A stretch of DNA of 64,000 bases from Euryarchaeota archaeon RBG_16_67_27 (GCA_001800745.1 MGVZ01000040.1:1875-65874); one strand, 5' to 3'; counted from the stretch's first letter, positions 16,384 to 25,620 are shown. Numbers and translations are program-made. Notes: generated by a model from the letters alone, not told the origin.

Positions 16384-16524
16384 ACGACGGACTTCCGCGA
16401 GGAGGGACCCTCGGTGCCCTATGGCGAGCGGGCGGAGCCATCGTCCCCCGCGCGACACGCGACGATGCCCGCGGGAGAATGTGGCCGAAAAGACTAAGTC
16501 GCGGGAGAGGCCCATCGGCGACGG

Positions 16525-17709
16525 ATGAAGGCGGCCGTCCTCGGAGCTGGAGGGCTCGGTCGGACGATTGCGCTCGAACTGTCCGCAGACCGGCGCATTG
16601 ACGAACTCGTCCTCATGGACCGCCGGGGGGAGCGCTCCCGCGCCCTGCAGACGATTGGCCGCAACGTCGCGGTCTCCACGCATCCCGTCGACGTCACGGA
16701 CGCGGCGAGTCTCCGCCGGATGCTGGAGGGCGTCGATGTCGCCGTGAACGCGACCCTCGCGGACCACAACCTCCGGATCATGCGCGCGTGCTTCGAGGCA
16801 GGATGCGGCTACGTGGACACGGCCGCGGCAGCGCCCATCGCGGCGGGGGAGAAGTGGGGCGTTCTCGAGCAACTCGAGCTCGACACGGCGTGGCAGGAGG
16901 GCGGGCGGACCGCGATCATTTCCATGGGCTCGGACCCCGGCCTGTCGAACGTCATGGCGAGGCTCGCCACGGACCGGATGGCCCGCGTGACCGCGATCCG
17001 GATCCGCTGGGCAGCGACGGGGAGCCCGGACATCGAGGGGTTCCCCCTGTACTCCCGGGAGATGTTCATCCGCGACGCCCTCTCGAAGCCTGTGGTCTGG
17101 GACGGTACGCGGCTCGTCGAGCAGGAGATCGCGAGCGGCAGCGAGGAGTTCCCATTCCCGGATCCCGTCGGCCCGAGGCGCGTCCACCTCTTCCGACACG
17201 AGGAGGTCCTGACCCTGCCTCAGCGGCTCGGGAAGCCCGTGGGGTGGGTCGACTACAAGCACGCGATCAACCCGAACCTCGTGCGAGCGATCGCGGAGCT
17301 CGATGCGCTCGGCCTCCTCGCCCGGGAGCGGATTGTCCGCCTCGGCGACCGCGCGGTCCCGTTCCGGGACGCGTTCCTCGCCGCGTTCCCCGAGCCCTCC
17401 ACGCTCATCGGGCCGATCACGGGAACCCTCGCGATCGTCGTGGACGTCGAGGGCACCTCGGAGGACGGATCGAAGAGACACGTCCGCGCGTGGACGACGA
17501 TGGACCACAAGGAGGCGAACCGCCGTCGGGGGACGACGGCGGAGTACTACCTCACCGCGGCAGCGGCGACGACGGGGATGATCCTTCTCGCCACGGCGAA
17601 GGCGCCGCGGCACGGGGTCCTCGTCCCGGAAGATCTCCCCCCGGACGCCGTGCTGCAGGAGCTCGAGACCCGGAACGTGAAGTTCCATATCGAGGACGTG
17701 GCATCGTGA
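16525..17709 (+). CDS. saccharopine dehydrogenase-family NAD(P)-binding oxidoreductase
   Basis: 394 aa with an N-terminal MKAAVLGAGGLGRTIALELS Rossmann motif. Overall length and pattern fit saccharopine dehydrogenase-like proteins. Confidence 0.75.
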   Translation: MKAAVLGAGGLGRTIALELSADRRIDELVLMDRRGERSRALQTIGRNVAVSTHPVDVTDAASLRRMLEGVDVAVNATLADHNLRIMRACFEAGCGYVDTAAAAPIAAGEKWGVLEQLELDTAWQEGGRTAIISMGSDPGLSNVMARLATDRMARVTAIRIRWAATGSPDIEGFPLYSREMFIRDALSKPVVWDGTRLVEQEIASGSEEFPFPDPVGPRRVHLFRHEEVLTLPQRLGKPVGWVDYKHAINPNLVRAIAELDALGLLARERIVRLGDRAVPFRDAFLAAFPEPSTLIGPITGTLAIVVDVEGTSEDGSKRHVRAWTTMDHKEANRRRGTTAEYYLTAAAATTGMILLATAKAPRHGVLVPEDLPPDAVLQELETRNVKFHIEDVAS

Positions 17710-17750
17710 GGTCCACGATCGCGGCGGGTGGGAGAGCTTAAGCCCGTGAC

Positions 17751-19439
17751 GTGAATCCCGCGCCCCGGGGTTCCAAGATGATTGCGCCCGCATCGACGCT
17801 CGAACGGGGAATCCTCGACTTGTGGAAACGTGTCCGGCCGGACGACGCCTTCGCGTACGGGATCGAGGAGTGCGCTGGCCACGTCTTCGTGCCCACGGAG
17901 GCGAACGTGAGGCGCGCGGTGAGGCGAATCGACTCTCTGACCGCCAGGACCCGGGACCCCACGGCGAGGAAATTCCTCCGCGCGATGAGGAAGAAGCTCC
18001 TCCTTCCCGAGCCCGCGGCGGTCCCGGAGGGGCTCGTCGGGGCGTACTTCACCCACATGGTGAAGGAAGGCGTCGACCCCGCGCACGCGCGAGACCTCGC
18101 GATCGACGGGAAGAAGGCCCTCGACGCAGACCTGCGCCGGTGGCGATCGAAGCGCTGGCCCCCGGGGATGCGCGCCCTCGTCGTCCTCGCGTGCCAGGGC
18201 CTCGAGGAGGTCCTGGACACCGTCGCGCGGGAGGCGCGGGGGACGGCCGCGGAGAACGCCGTAGACGACCTCCGGGCGAGCCTCGCCGCATACCGGTCCT
18301 TCTTCGATCTCCGCGGGTTCCGGCCCGAGGGCACGTTCGACGAGATCTTTGACGCCTTGCGGCGCACGGGTGCGGAGCTCGGACGGTCCCGTGGGTACGC
18401 GCGAGCCCTCCGGGATCTCTGGGACTACCGCGAGTCCCCGCGCGAGGTCGAGGCCGCAGGACTCCGGATGCTCCGACGAGAGCTCCCGCGCTTCCGCCGC
18501 GTCGTCGAGGACCTCGCCGCCGAGCTTGGCTGCGCTCCCACGGCGGAGGCGGTCGGCGATGCGCTCCACCGGGCTCGCGGCCTCCGAAAGGACGAGATCC
18601 TCCCGTTCCTGACGGGGCTCCGCGACGCGACCCGGCCGGTCGCGCACAAGCACTTCGTCGACATCAACCCGGACCACGCGATGGAGATCGTCGAGACGCC
18701 GGCGTACCTCGCGAACATGACACCTTCCGGCGCGGCGTTCAGCCTTGACACGCTCACGGACCATTCCCGGGAGATCTTCCTTGCGACGACGGACGAGCGG
18801 AGCGCCGGACGCCCGGCGCCGGCGGAGCTCCTCGACCTCCTGGTCCACGAAGAGTACGGCCACTGCGTCCATGGGTCGAATTCGACTCGCGGGTACCGCG
18901 CGGCGACCGGCTTGCTCGACGTCCTCAACGGTCCGTCCGTCTGCGTCTCCGAGGGCCTCGCGTTCCAGATGGAGATTGATTTCCTCCCCATCCTTCAGGA
19001 TGTCGCGGCAGGAAAGCTCCGCGGTCCCGAAGAGAGCGCGTTCGTCGAGTTCCTCCGGGCCTGGGGGGGAGCTGATCGGATTGCCAAGGACTACGAGTTC
19101 GACGCCCTCCGCGCGAGGATCGTGCGATTCCTCCGGGTCGTAGGCGATGCGAGGATCAATTCCGGGAGGCAGGACCTCGTCGCCTTCGTCGACTGGGCCC
19201 ACCGGAGGACCGGGCTGGAGAGATCGACGATCTACTACAACCTGTTCCCTGCGCATCAGGTGCTGGGACCCGGGTATGCGTCCACATACGCGATCATCGG
19301 GGAGCGGATCCGCGAGCTCCGGGCTACGGCACTCCGTCGGGGGAAGACCCTCCGAGACTTCTATGGGGTCGCGACGTCGCTCGGGTGGCCGGCGAAGTCG
19401 GTCTTCGAGTCGAAGCTCGAGTCATGGGTGCGTTCCTGA
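17751..19439 (+). CDS. DUF885-like putative zinc metallopeptidase (HExxH)
   Basis: 562-aa ORF (GTG 17751; alternative ATG 17778). It has HEEYGH (nt 18846-18863), a downstream SEGLAFQME and C-terminal LRA.I..FLRVVGDARI...PGYASTYAIIGERIRELR. This arrangement is characteristic of the DUF885 family. Confidence 0.6.
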   Translation: MNPAPRGSKMIAPASTLERGILDLWKRVRPDDAFAYGIEECAGHVFVPTEANVRRAVRRIDSLTARTRDPTARKFLRAMRKKLLLPEPAAVPEGLVGAYFTHMVKEGVDPAHARDLAIDGKKALDADLRRWRSKRWPPGMRALVVLACQGLEEVLDTVAREARGTAAENAVDDLRASLAAYRSFFDLRGFRPEGTFDEIFDALRRTGAELGRSRGYARALRDLWDYRESPREVEAAGLRMLRRELPRFRRVVEDLAAELGCAPTAEAVGDALHRARGLRKDEILPFLTGLRDATRPVAHKHFVDINPDHAMEIVETPAYLANMTPSGAAFSLDTLTDHSREIFLATTDERSAGRPAPAELLDLLVHEEYGHCVHGSNSTRGYRAATGLLDVLNGPSVCVSEGLAFQMEIDFLPILQDVAAGKLRGPEESAFVEFLRAWGGADRIAKDYEFDALRARIVRFLRVVGDARINSGRQDLVAFVDWAHRRTGLERSTIYYNLFPAHQVLGPGYASTYAIIGERIRELRATALRRGKTLRDFYGVATSLGWPAKSVFESKLESWVRS

Positions 19440-19528
19440 CGGTGCCCCGCGGGCGGCCTTCGAGCATGGCGCTGCGGCGCGTAGGAATTCCGAAAAAGGC
19501 CTATCCCCGCACGTCCGTAGGCGAGCGC

Positions 19529-20134
19529 ATGACCCGGCCGGCAGTCGTCGCCCTCATCCCCGAAAGCACCCGGAAGCGGAAGGGCGGCGATGAAGGTCCG
19601 GCGGACGAGGTGCTCGATGCGCTCCCCGAGCCGGCGCGGGGGGACCTCCTGCGCCTCCGTGAAGAGGTCGCGGCGCGCTCTCCCCATGGGATGCTTGAGA
19701 CGGAAGGGCTCATGCCCGCGTACTGGCGGTTCGACGGGAACATGTACCGCCAAATCCCCCCCCAGGCGTGGGAGGCCCGTCGGCCCGAGGTCGAGGTGCT
19801 CATCGTGTCCGGGCTGCTCGGGCTCGTCGCGTCCCGGGACGCGGTCCCCGCGTACGCGCATTCCATGGCCGAGCCGTGTCCGCCCTTTGGGAAGCTGAAC
19901 CGCTGGTGGCACGGTGCGGGATTGGCAGGAATCCTCCGGGCCTACATCGAGGCGGTCCGACCCACGACGGTCATCGACTTGCTCTCCCACGAATACCGCG
20001 AGGCGGTCGCGGGCTTCGCGGACGGACTCCGCGGGACCGACGTGAGGACGGTCGACTTCCCGGGTCTCGGCCGTGGCAGCCAGCCGCTGCGCGGGGAGAG
20101 GATTGCGGATCTGCTCCGGATCGGGCGCGTCTGA
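19529..20134 (+). CDS. YaaA-like (UPF0246/DUF328-type) protein, divergent and short
   Basis: From ORF 19385..20134; start ATG 19529. PAYWRFDGNMYRQI...VLIVSGLLGLVASRDAVPAYAHSM...FGKLNRWW...VIDLLSHEYREAV parallels the E. coli YaaA pattern (F.GDVY...LSGLYGVLRPLD..PYRLEM...LYQFW...VINLASDEY). Confidence 0.5.
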   Translation: MTRPAVVALIPESTRKRKGGDEGPADEVLDALPEPARGDLLRLREEVAARSPHGMLETEGLMPAYWRFDGNMYRQIPPQAWEARRPEVEVLIVSGLLGLVASRDAVPAYAHSMAEPCPPFGKLNRWWHGAGLAGILRAYIEAVRPTTVIDLLSHEYREAVAGFADGLRGTDVRTVDFPGLGRGSQPLRGERIADLLRIGRV

Positions 20135-20256
20135 CGGCCGGGAGGTCGACCGGTGGGGTTGTGGGGCGGGCGAGATCGTGACTCCGTCCCTCACGAGGGC
20201 ATGCCAACTTTGGAGCATGCTTATATGCAACGACCGCGTCGTCGGCCGGGGTCGCC

Positions 20257-20679
20257 ATGGTTCACGTGAAGGACGACGGCATCTTCGACGCACCGATTGA
20301 CCGGATCTGGAAGTACATGAACGACGAACAGGCGCATCAGCATGGGTCCTTCCGGGTCACGAAGGTACTGGAGGAGAAAGGCAACGCGATCGTCGCCGAG
20401 GCGAAGCTGGGGAACCCTGACGGGACGTTCAACGTGGAGAAGGTCCGCATGGTCATGAACCCGCCGAAGGGATACGACTTCGAGTATCTCTCGGGACCGA
20501 TGAAGGGCACGAAGCACTCGCACACGTACACGCCGATGGGGCACCAGACGAAGGTCGTTGTGGAGGGCGAATTCACCGTGCCTCCGGGGATGACAGAGAA
20601 CGCCGTGCGGAAGAACGCCCTCGACTACTTCGCGATGGTGTTCGAAGAGGACAACAGCGCCCTCAAGAAGTACAAGTGA
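20257..20679 (+). CDS. SRPBCC-superfamily (START/polyketide-cyclase-like) protein
   Basis: 140 aa; the N-terminal ..FDAPIDRIWKYMNDE.. and overall beta-rich pattern are typical of SRPBCC. The TATA-like TTATATG (20221-20227) lies about 30 nt upstream of the ATG. Confidence 0.7.
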   Translation: MVHVKDDGIFDAPIDRIWKYMNDEQAHQHGSFRVTKVLEEKGNAIVAEAKLGNPDGTFNVEKVRMVMNPPKGYDFEYLSGPMKGTKHSHTYTPMGHQTKVVVEGEFTVPPGMTENAVRKNALDYFAMVFEEDNSALKKYK

Positions 20680-23105
20680 CGGCGCCGCGACGCTCGTCGT
20701 CCGCCGAACCTCCATTCGCCCCGCCGGACCGGGATCCGTTCCGGAACCGACATATATCCGCCCGGAGGATTACGGTCCTCCTGGTGCGTGGGGGGATCGG
20801 GACGAAAAATCGGGTCGCGCGACTCCCTGTCCGGCGCGTGGGTCTGCTCATCGGCCTCGTGGTCGTCTCGCTCGTCGCTCCGCCGTTCGGGGCGACCGCT
20901 ACGGGCCCGAACTTCCTCGACGAACGGTTCGGGTCCTGGAGTTCCCTCGATTCCGGATGGACGATCTGGAACGGCACGAAAGAGCGCATTGACACCTACT
21001 TCGACATTCAGGAGAGCGCGCTCGTCGCGAGCAACAACCTCCGACCCAGCGTCCAGGCTGGTGACTACACGGACGCGACCGCGAATTGGTCCTCCTCTAT
21101 ATCATATTCCGGGGGACTCGTGCTCTCCTACAACGTCCACCTGCCCGACGCGTTCGGGCTCTCCTATTCCATCGGATACACGGGCAGCGTCTTCCGCATC
21201 ACCCTCTATGACGCGGCCGGCAGCGCGGCGATCTCGACGCGGTTCGGGAGCCCCGACTGGTCGGGCTTCCAGACTTACATCAACCCTCCCGGATTCGCGT
21301 ACTACGACGGCACAGTTTGGAGACAGATCGGGACCGTCACCGGCGGTTGGCACTCCGTCTCCATCGTCCTCGAGAAGGGACGCACGACGTGGACCGTGTC
21401 GTACGACGGCGTCGTCACGATGAATCTACCCTACCCACTCCCGGTCTCAGACGCCCCCGACCTCTCGAAGATCGAGTTCGCGAACGGTCTCAAGGAGGAG
21501 GTCCAGCGGGTCCTCGTAGACAACGTACAGGTCTTCGAGGGCACGGATCCGGGCGTGTGGAATACGCCTCCGGCCACGCACTTCTCCGTCGACCCTTCCG
21601 TCGGCGGTGGCCTCACGGTGTTCGGGGTGAACGCCTCTTCCTCGAAGGATCGCCAGGACCCCACTCCCGCGCTCCGGTTCCGGTGGGACTGGGAGGACGA
21701 CGGGATGTACGACACGTCCCTCGACGCGGTCCCGAGGGCGTCGCACACCTATCCTGCGCCTGGCGTTTACCGAATCCGACTGGAGGTGACCGATTCCGGC
21801 GGCCTCACGGGCGAGTACGCGAGACCCGTCGTCGTCGCGGACTACTTGACGCCGTTCCTCATGGAGAGCTTCTCGTCCTGGCCCGCGACGAAGGAGAACT
21901 GGCAGATCACGAACGGGAGCTACTACGAGGCCTGCGGACACCCGTATTGCTCGCCGAAGCAGGGCATCTGGAACTACTTCGACGTCCGCGATGGGGGTCT
22001 CTTCGTCGGAAGCTACTACGCGACCGGCTTCGGCGGCGGCCTGCCGGAGACCCGGACGAACGCGACGATGAATTGGACGGGGGGCGCCGCGTACACGGGG
22101 ATCCTCGAGACCCATGCCCAGCTGTACCTGCCGCCCGACCCGATGTTTCGGGTGCCCATACAGGGGTCCGGTGAAGCGTCCCTGATGGTCTCGTGGTCCG
22201 ACACGTCCGGGACGGTTCAGGTTTCGTTGCGCATCGCGTTCACGTCGACGTATCGATGGGCCATCTCCGATGGGCGGGCGGGCACGGAGTTGCTCAGCAC
22301 CACTCCTGGCTGGCACCAACTCGCGTTCCGGATGGCGAAAGATCGCGGGTCGACCGACCTCATCCTGGACGGGGACGTGCATTCGGGCCCCGCGCTCGCG
22401 GGTGCGGGCTTCGACGTGTCAAAGATCCAGTTCGTCAACGAGTTCTGGTGGGGCTCCGCGGGGATCATCATCGACAACGTCGCAGTCGGGGAAGCGCACC
22501 CGCTGGAAGACACCGCGCCGCCCGTCGCCGACGCGGGTTCCGACCTGATCTCGTTCGCGGGCGCCTGGGTCGTCCTCGACGGGAGAGGCTCGTACGATCG
22601 GTCGGGAATCCAGAGCTACGAGTGGACGTTCGTCGACACGGAGCCCCGGACGCTGTTCGGGCCGCGACCCGGGTATCCGTTCCCCATGGAGGGGATCTAC
22701 GGCGTCACCCTGACGGTGACAGACAACGCTGGGAACACCGCGACGGATCTGGTCAGGGTGACCGTACTGCCGGCCGACCAAGTGATCACGAAGACGTTCG
22801 CGAGCGAGAAGCCGGGCCTGACCTGGGAGTTCACACCGTCCGTGGATGGCCGGTGGGTCCTCGCCCTCGTGAACCGCGGCTTCCGTGCGGCGACGATCGA
22901 AATCGTCGATGCGTCCGGTGGCATATCCCAGTCTGTCCTCCACAAGGCCGTGCGGTTCCGGGCCCTTGACGCATACCCCGTGGGCATCGTCGAAATCTTC
23001 CTGGACGTCCAAGCCGGCCACGCCTACCGTGTGACACTCACGGACGTCCGGGGTCCGGTCGGTGCCCAGCTAGTCATCTCGCAGACGTTCGAAGCGTCAC
23101 AGTAG
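20676..23105 (+). CDS. secreted surface protein with duplicated [LamG/ConA-like module + PKD domain] and a C-terminal beta-rich domain
   Basis: 809-aa ORF. GTG 20676 overlaps the SRPBCC stop (GTGA); alternative GTG 20784. It has a signal-like LLIGLVVVSLVAPPFGATA. Two PKD domains lie at about 21560-21840 and 22515-22775 (...Y.W.F.D......H.Y...G.Y.V.L.VTD..G). Two LamG-like modules have the GGWHSVSIVL...VSYDG / PGWHQLAFRM...LILDG signature. Confidence 0.75.
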   Translation: MTAPRRSSSAEPPFAPPDRDPFRNRHISARRITVLLVRGGIGTKNRVARLPVRRVGLLIGLVVVSLVAPPFGATATGPNFLDERFGSWSSLDSGWTIWNGTKERIDTYFDIQESALVASNNLRPSVQAGDYTDATANWSSSISYSGGLVLSYNVHLPDAFGLSYSIGYTGSVFRITLYDAAGSAAISTRFGSPDWSGFQTYINPPGFAYYDGTVWRQIGTVTGGWHSVSIVLEKGRTTWTVSYDGVVTMNLPYPLPVSDAPDLSKIEFANGLKEEVQRVLVDNVQVFEGTDPGVWNTPPATHFSVDPSVGGGLTVFGVNASSSKDRQDPTPALRFRWDWEDDGMYDTSLDAVPRASHTYPAPGVYRIRLEVTDSGGLTGEYARPVVVADYLTPFLMESFSSWPATKENWQITNGSYYEACGHPYCSPKQGIWNYFDVRDGGLFVGSYYATGFGGGLPETRTNATMNWTGGAAYTGILETHAQLYLPPDPMFRVPIQGSGEASLMVSWSDTSGTVQVSLRIAFTSTYRWAISDGRAGTELLSTTPGWHQLAFRMAKDRGSTDLILDGDVHSGPALAGAGFDVSKIQFVNEFWWGSAGIIIDNVAVGEAHPLEDTAPPVADAGSDLISFAGAWVVLDGRGSYDRSGIQSYEWTFVDTEPRTLFGPRPGYPFPMEGIYGVTLTVTDNAGNTATDLVRVTVLPADQVITKTFASEKPGLTWEFTPSVDGRWVLALVNRGFRAATIEIVDASGGISQSVLHKAVRFRALDAYPVGIVEIFLDVQAGHAYRVTLTDVRGPVGAQLVISQTFEASQ

Positions 23106-23135
23106 GGCCGTCGTCCACGGTGATCGCATTGCGGA

Positions 23136-23228
23136 AGCCGCAGGGGGGAATTGAACCCCCGACCTGCGCCTCTTTGGCTCCCTTCCGGGAGATACCAAGG
23201 CGCCGCTCTACCCCTAAGCCACTGCGGC
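23136..23228 (-). tRNA. tRNA-Thr (anticodon GGU) with a 21-nt intron at canonical position 37/38
   Basis: Hand-folded: acceptor GCCGCAG/CTGCGGC, D arm GCTT-AGGGGTA-GAGC, anticodon stem GCGCC/GGCGC, loop TTGGTA|A, variable AGGTC, T arm GGGGG-TTCAATT-CCCCC, discriminator T, no encoded CCA. The intron is at 23172-23192. TTGG/CCAA forms a 4-bp helix flanked by 3-nt bulges (TAT, AGA) and a CTCCC-GGAA-GGGAG hairpin, which is a bulge-helix-bulge motif. Confidence 0.85.
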
Positions 23229-23360
23229 GGTTGTCCGGCCAAACGGCCTGCGTTACTTCAGCCTATCGGAGCCCCTGCGTGGATCTGGGGCCCTGGACGC
23301 CCGCGAAACCATACAACCGTTTCAGCATCTTGAAACCCTCGCGCGTGGAATCGCTCCGGC

Positions 23361-23879
23361 ATGGACCTCCTGCGTGCGATCCGGACGCGCCGGAGCATCC
23401 GCGCCTTCCGCGCAGACCCGGTCTCCGCGGAGCGGATTGAGCCGCTCGTGGATCTCGCGAACCTCGCGCCCTCCGCCGGGAATCTCCAGGCGCGGGACTT
23501 CGTCGTCGTTTCCGACGAGGCGATGCGGAAGGCCCTCGCCGCGACGACCTTCGACCAGGCGTTCATCGCGGACGCTCCGGTCGTGGTCGTCGTCTGCGCG
23601 AACCTCCAGCGGATCGGCAAGTATGGGCCCCGAGGCCGGGACCTGTACGCGCTTCAGGACGCGGCGGCCGCGACGGAGAACTTGCTCCTTGCCGCCCATG
23701 CGGAGGGCCTCGGGAGCGTGTGGATCGGCGCGTTCGACGAGGGCGCGGTCGTCCGGCTCCTCGACCTGCCACGGCACGTGAGACCGGTCGCGCTCCTTCC
23801 GATCGGGGAACCCGCGGAGGATCCCGCGGCGCCCGAACGGCTCCCCCTCTCGGAGATCCTGCACTGGGACCGCTGGTGA
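23361..23879 (+). CDS. nitroreductase-family protein
   Basis: 172 aa; MDLLRAIRTRRSIRAFR..., ...APSAGNLQ... and ...LGSVWIGAFDE... are classic nitroreductase-fold motifs. Confidence 0.9.
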   Translation: MDLLRAIRTRRSIRAFRADPVSAERIEPLVDLANLAPSAGNLQARDFVVVSDEAMRKALAATTFDQAFIADAPVVVVVCANLQRIGKYGPRGRDLYALQDAAAATENLLLAAHAEGLGSVWIGAFDEGAVVRLLDLPRHVRPVALLPIGEPAEDPAAPERLPLSEILHWDRW

Positions 23880-24054
23880 CTTCGCTCGGTGCCGGACCTT
23901 TTATACGCGGCCTCCTTACCGACGTCCTCCACGCGGGACCGCCTTCGGGACCCGGGCCGCGAGGAGGAGATGGGTTCGTGGGGTCGGACCGGGGCATGGC
24001 CAGGGGTGGCAAGGCTCCGGGGAAGGCCGATCCGTCCGCGGCGAGGAGGCGGCC

Positions 24055-25620
24055 ATGGTCGCGTTCGATGCCGTGGTAATCGGCGGTGGACACAACGGCC
24101 TCGCCGCCGCCGCGTACCTCGCGAAGGCGGGCCTGAGCACGATCGTCCTCGAGCGTCGGCCCGTCGTGGGCGGCGCGAGCGTGACGGAAGAGGTCTATCC
24201 CGGCGTGCGGTTCTCCCGCCTCGCGTATTCCGCGGGCCTGCTGAGACCGGAGGTGATCCGGGACCTGGATCTCCCGAGGTTCGGCTACGAGGCGTACCCG
24301 TTCGACCCGCAGTTCTTCCTCCCGTTCCCGAACGGGGACTCGATCCTGTTCTGGAACGACAACGACCGGAACCTGAAGGAGATCGCGAGGTACTCGAAGA
24401 AGGATGCAGAGGCGTACCCGAGGTACGTCGAGTTCTGGACCGAGGTCATGGAACTCATCGAGGCGATGGTCCTCGCGCCGCCACCCCCCCTCCCGGACCT
24501 CCTCGCGATGTTTCAGGGACCCGAGGCCGAGGAGCTCGCGAAGCGGATCCTCCTGCAGAGCGCGGCGGACCTCCTCGACGAGTTCTTCGAGTCCGAGGAG
24601 GTCAAGGCGACGCTCGTGACTGCGACGACGATCGGCCTTCCCGCAGGTCCGAAGACGCCCGGAACCGCGCTCATGCTCGGCCACATGCTCCTCCATGAGA
24701 TCAACGGGGTCAAGCAGACGTTCGGCTATGCGAAGGGCGGCATGGGGGGAGTCGCGTTCGCCCTCCAGAGGGCCGCGGAGCATTTCGGAGCCGTCGTCCG
24801 CACATCGACGGGCGTGCGACGGATCCTGACGGACGCCGGTCGTGTCGCGGGCGTCGAGCTGAGCGACGGCACGCGGATCGACGCGCGATTCGTCCTCTCG
24901 AGCGTGGATGTAAAGACGACGTTCCTCGGCATGCTCGAGCCCGACGCCGTCGACCCCGCGTTCCTCGCCCGCGTCCGAGCGATCAAGGCGTCGGGCGTCG
25001 TGACGAAGGTGAACTGCGTCCTGACCGAGCTCCCGGACTTCACCTGCCGTCCAGGGAGGACGCTCCAGCCGCATCATAAGGGCTACATCGACATCTGCCC
25101 TTCCGTGGACTACCTCGAGAAGGCGTGGGACGACGCGAAATGGGGCCGGCCGTCCGAGGCGCCGTTCCTCGACTGCGTCCTCCACTCCGTCACGGACCCG
25201 AGCCTCTGCCCTCCCGGCAAGTTCACCCTGTCCATCTACTCGCAGTACTTCCCGTACCGCCTCAGCGAAGGCACATGGGACGGGCGCCGCGAGGAGGCCG
25301 GGGACGCCGTCCTCGAGACCCTGTCGGAGTTCGCGCCCAACGTGCGCCGCGCGGTCGAGCGGCGCGAGGTGATCACGCCCTTGGACATGGAGCGGGAATG
25401 GGGCCTGCCGGAAGGATGCATCTACCAGACGGACATGACCCCGAACCAGCTGTTCTCCCTCCGACCCGTGCCGGGCTGGTCCGGATACCGCATGCCGATC
25501 GAGGGCCTCTACATCTGCGGGAGCAGCGTCCACCCCGGCGGCGGCGTGACGGGCGCCCCCGGGCGGAACGCGGCGATGACCGTCCTCGAGGACGCGAAGC
25601 GGGGACGAACGATTAAGTAA
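24055..25620 (+). CDS. phytoene-desaturase-like NAD(P)/FAD-dependent oxidoreductase (CrtI family)
   Basis: 521 aa with an N-terminal FDAVVIGGGHNGLAAAAYLAKAGLSTIVLERRPVVGG and a C-terminal GLYICGSSVHPGGGVTGAPG, typical of CrtI/amine-oxidase-fold proteins. Confidence 0.85.
   Translation: MVAFDAVVIGGGHNGLAAAAYLAKAGLSTIVLERRPVVGGASVTEEVYPGVRFSRLAYSAGLLRPEVIRDLDLPRFGYEAYPFDPQFFLPFPNGDSILFWNDNDRNLKEIARYSKKDAEAYPRYVEFWTEVMELIEAMVLAPPPPLPDLLAMFQGPEAEELAKRILLQSAADLLDEFFESEEVKATLVTATTIGLPAGPKTPGTALMLGHMLLHEINGVKQTFGYAKGGMGGVAFALQRAAEHFGAVVRTSTGVRRILTDAGRVAGVELSDGTRIDARFVLSSVDVKTTFLGMLEPDAVDPAFLARVRAIKASGVVTKVNCVLTELPDFTCRPGRTLQPHHKGYIDICPSVDYLEKAWDDAKWGRPSEAPFLDCVLHSVTDPSLCPPGKFTLSIYSQYFPYRLSEGTWDGRREEAGDAVLETLSEFAPNVRRAVERREVITPLDMEREWGLPEGCIYQTDMTPNQLFSLRPVPGWSGYRMPIEGLYICGSSVHPGGGVTGAPGRNAAMTVLEDAKRGRTIK

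Noticed and set aside
13747-17793. 1348-aa ORF on the minus strand spanning the PEGA surface-protein gene and the saccharopine dehydrogenase gene
   Set aside because: Its translation is Arg/Pro/Gly/Asp-rich low complexity with no motifs. It is exactly antisense to two plus-strand genes that have clear domain signatures. In GC-rich DNA the A/T-rich stop codons are depleted in antisense frames, so such giant shadow ORFs are expected.
20195-20230. GCATGC...GCATGC repeat (20199-20220) upstream of the SRPBCC gene as an operator
   Set aside because: The two hexamers are each self-palindromic, but the intervening sequence gives only an imperfect, bulged hairpin. The second copy is part of the TATA-like box, so it is not distinctive enough to report as a finding.
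23120-23440. ORFs 23120..23440, 23151..23333 and 23024..23242 overlapping tRNA-Thr
   Set aside because: They overlap the intron-containing tRNA and the nitroreductase promoter region. The translations are low-complexity.
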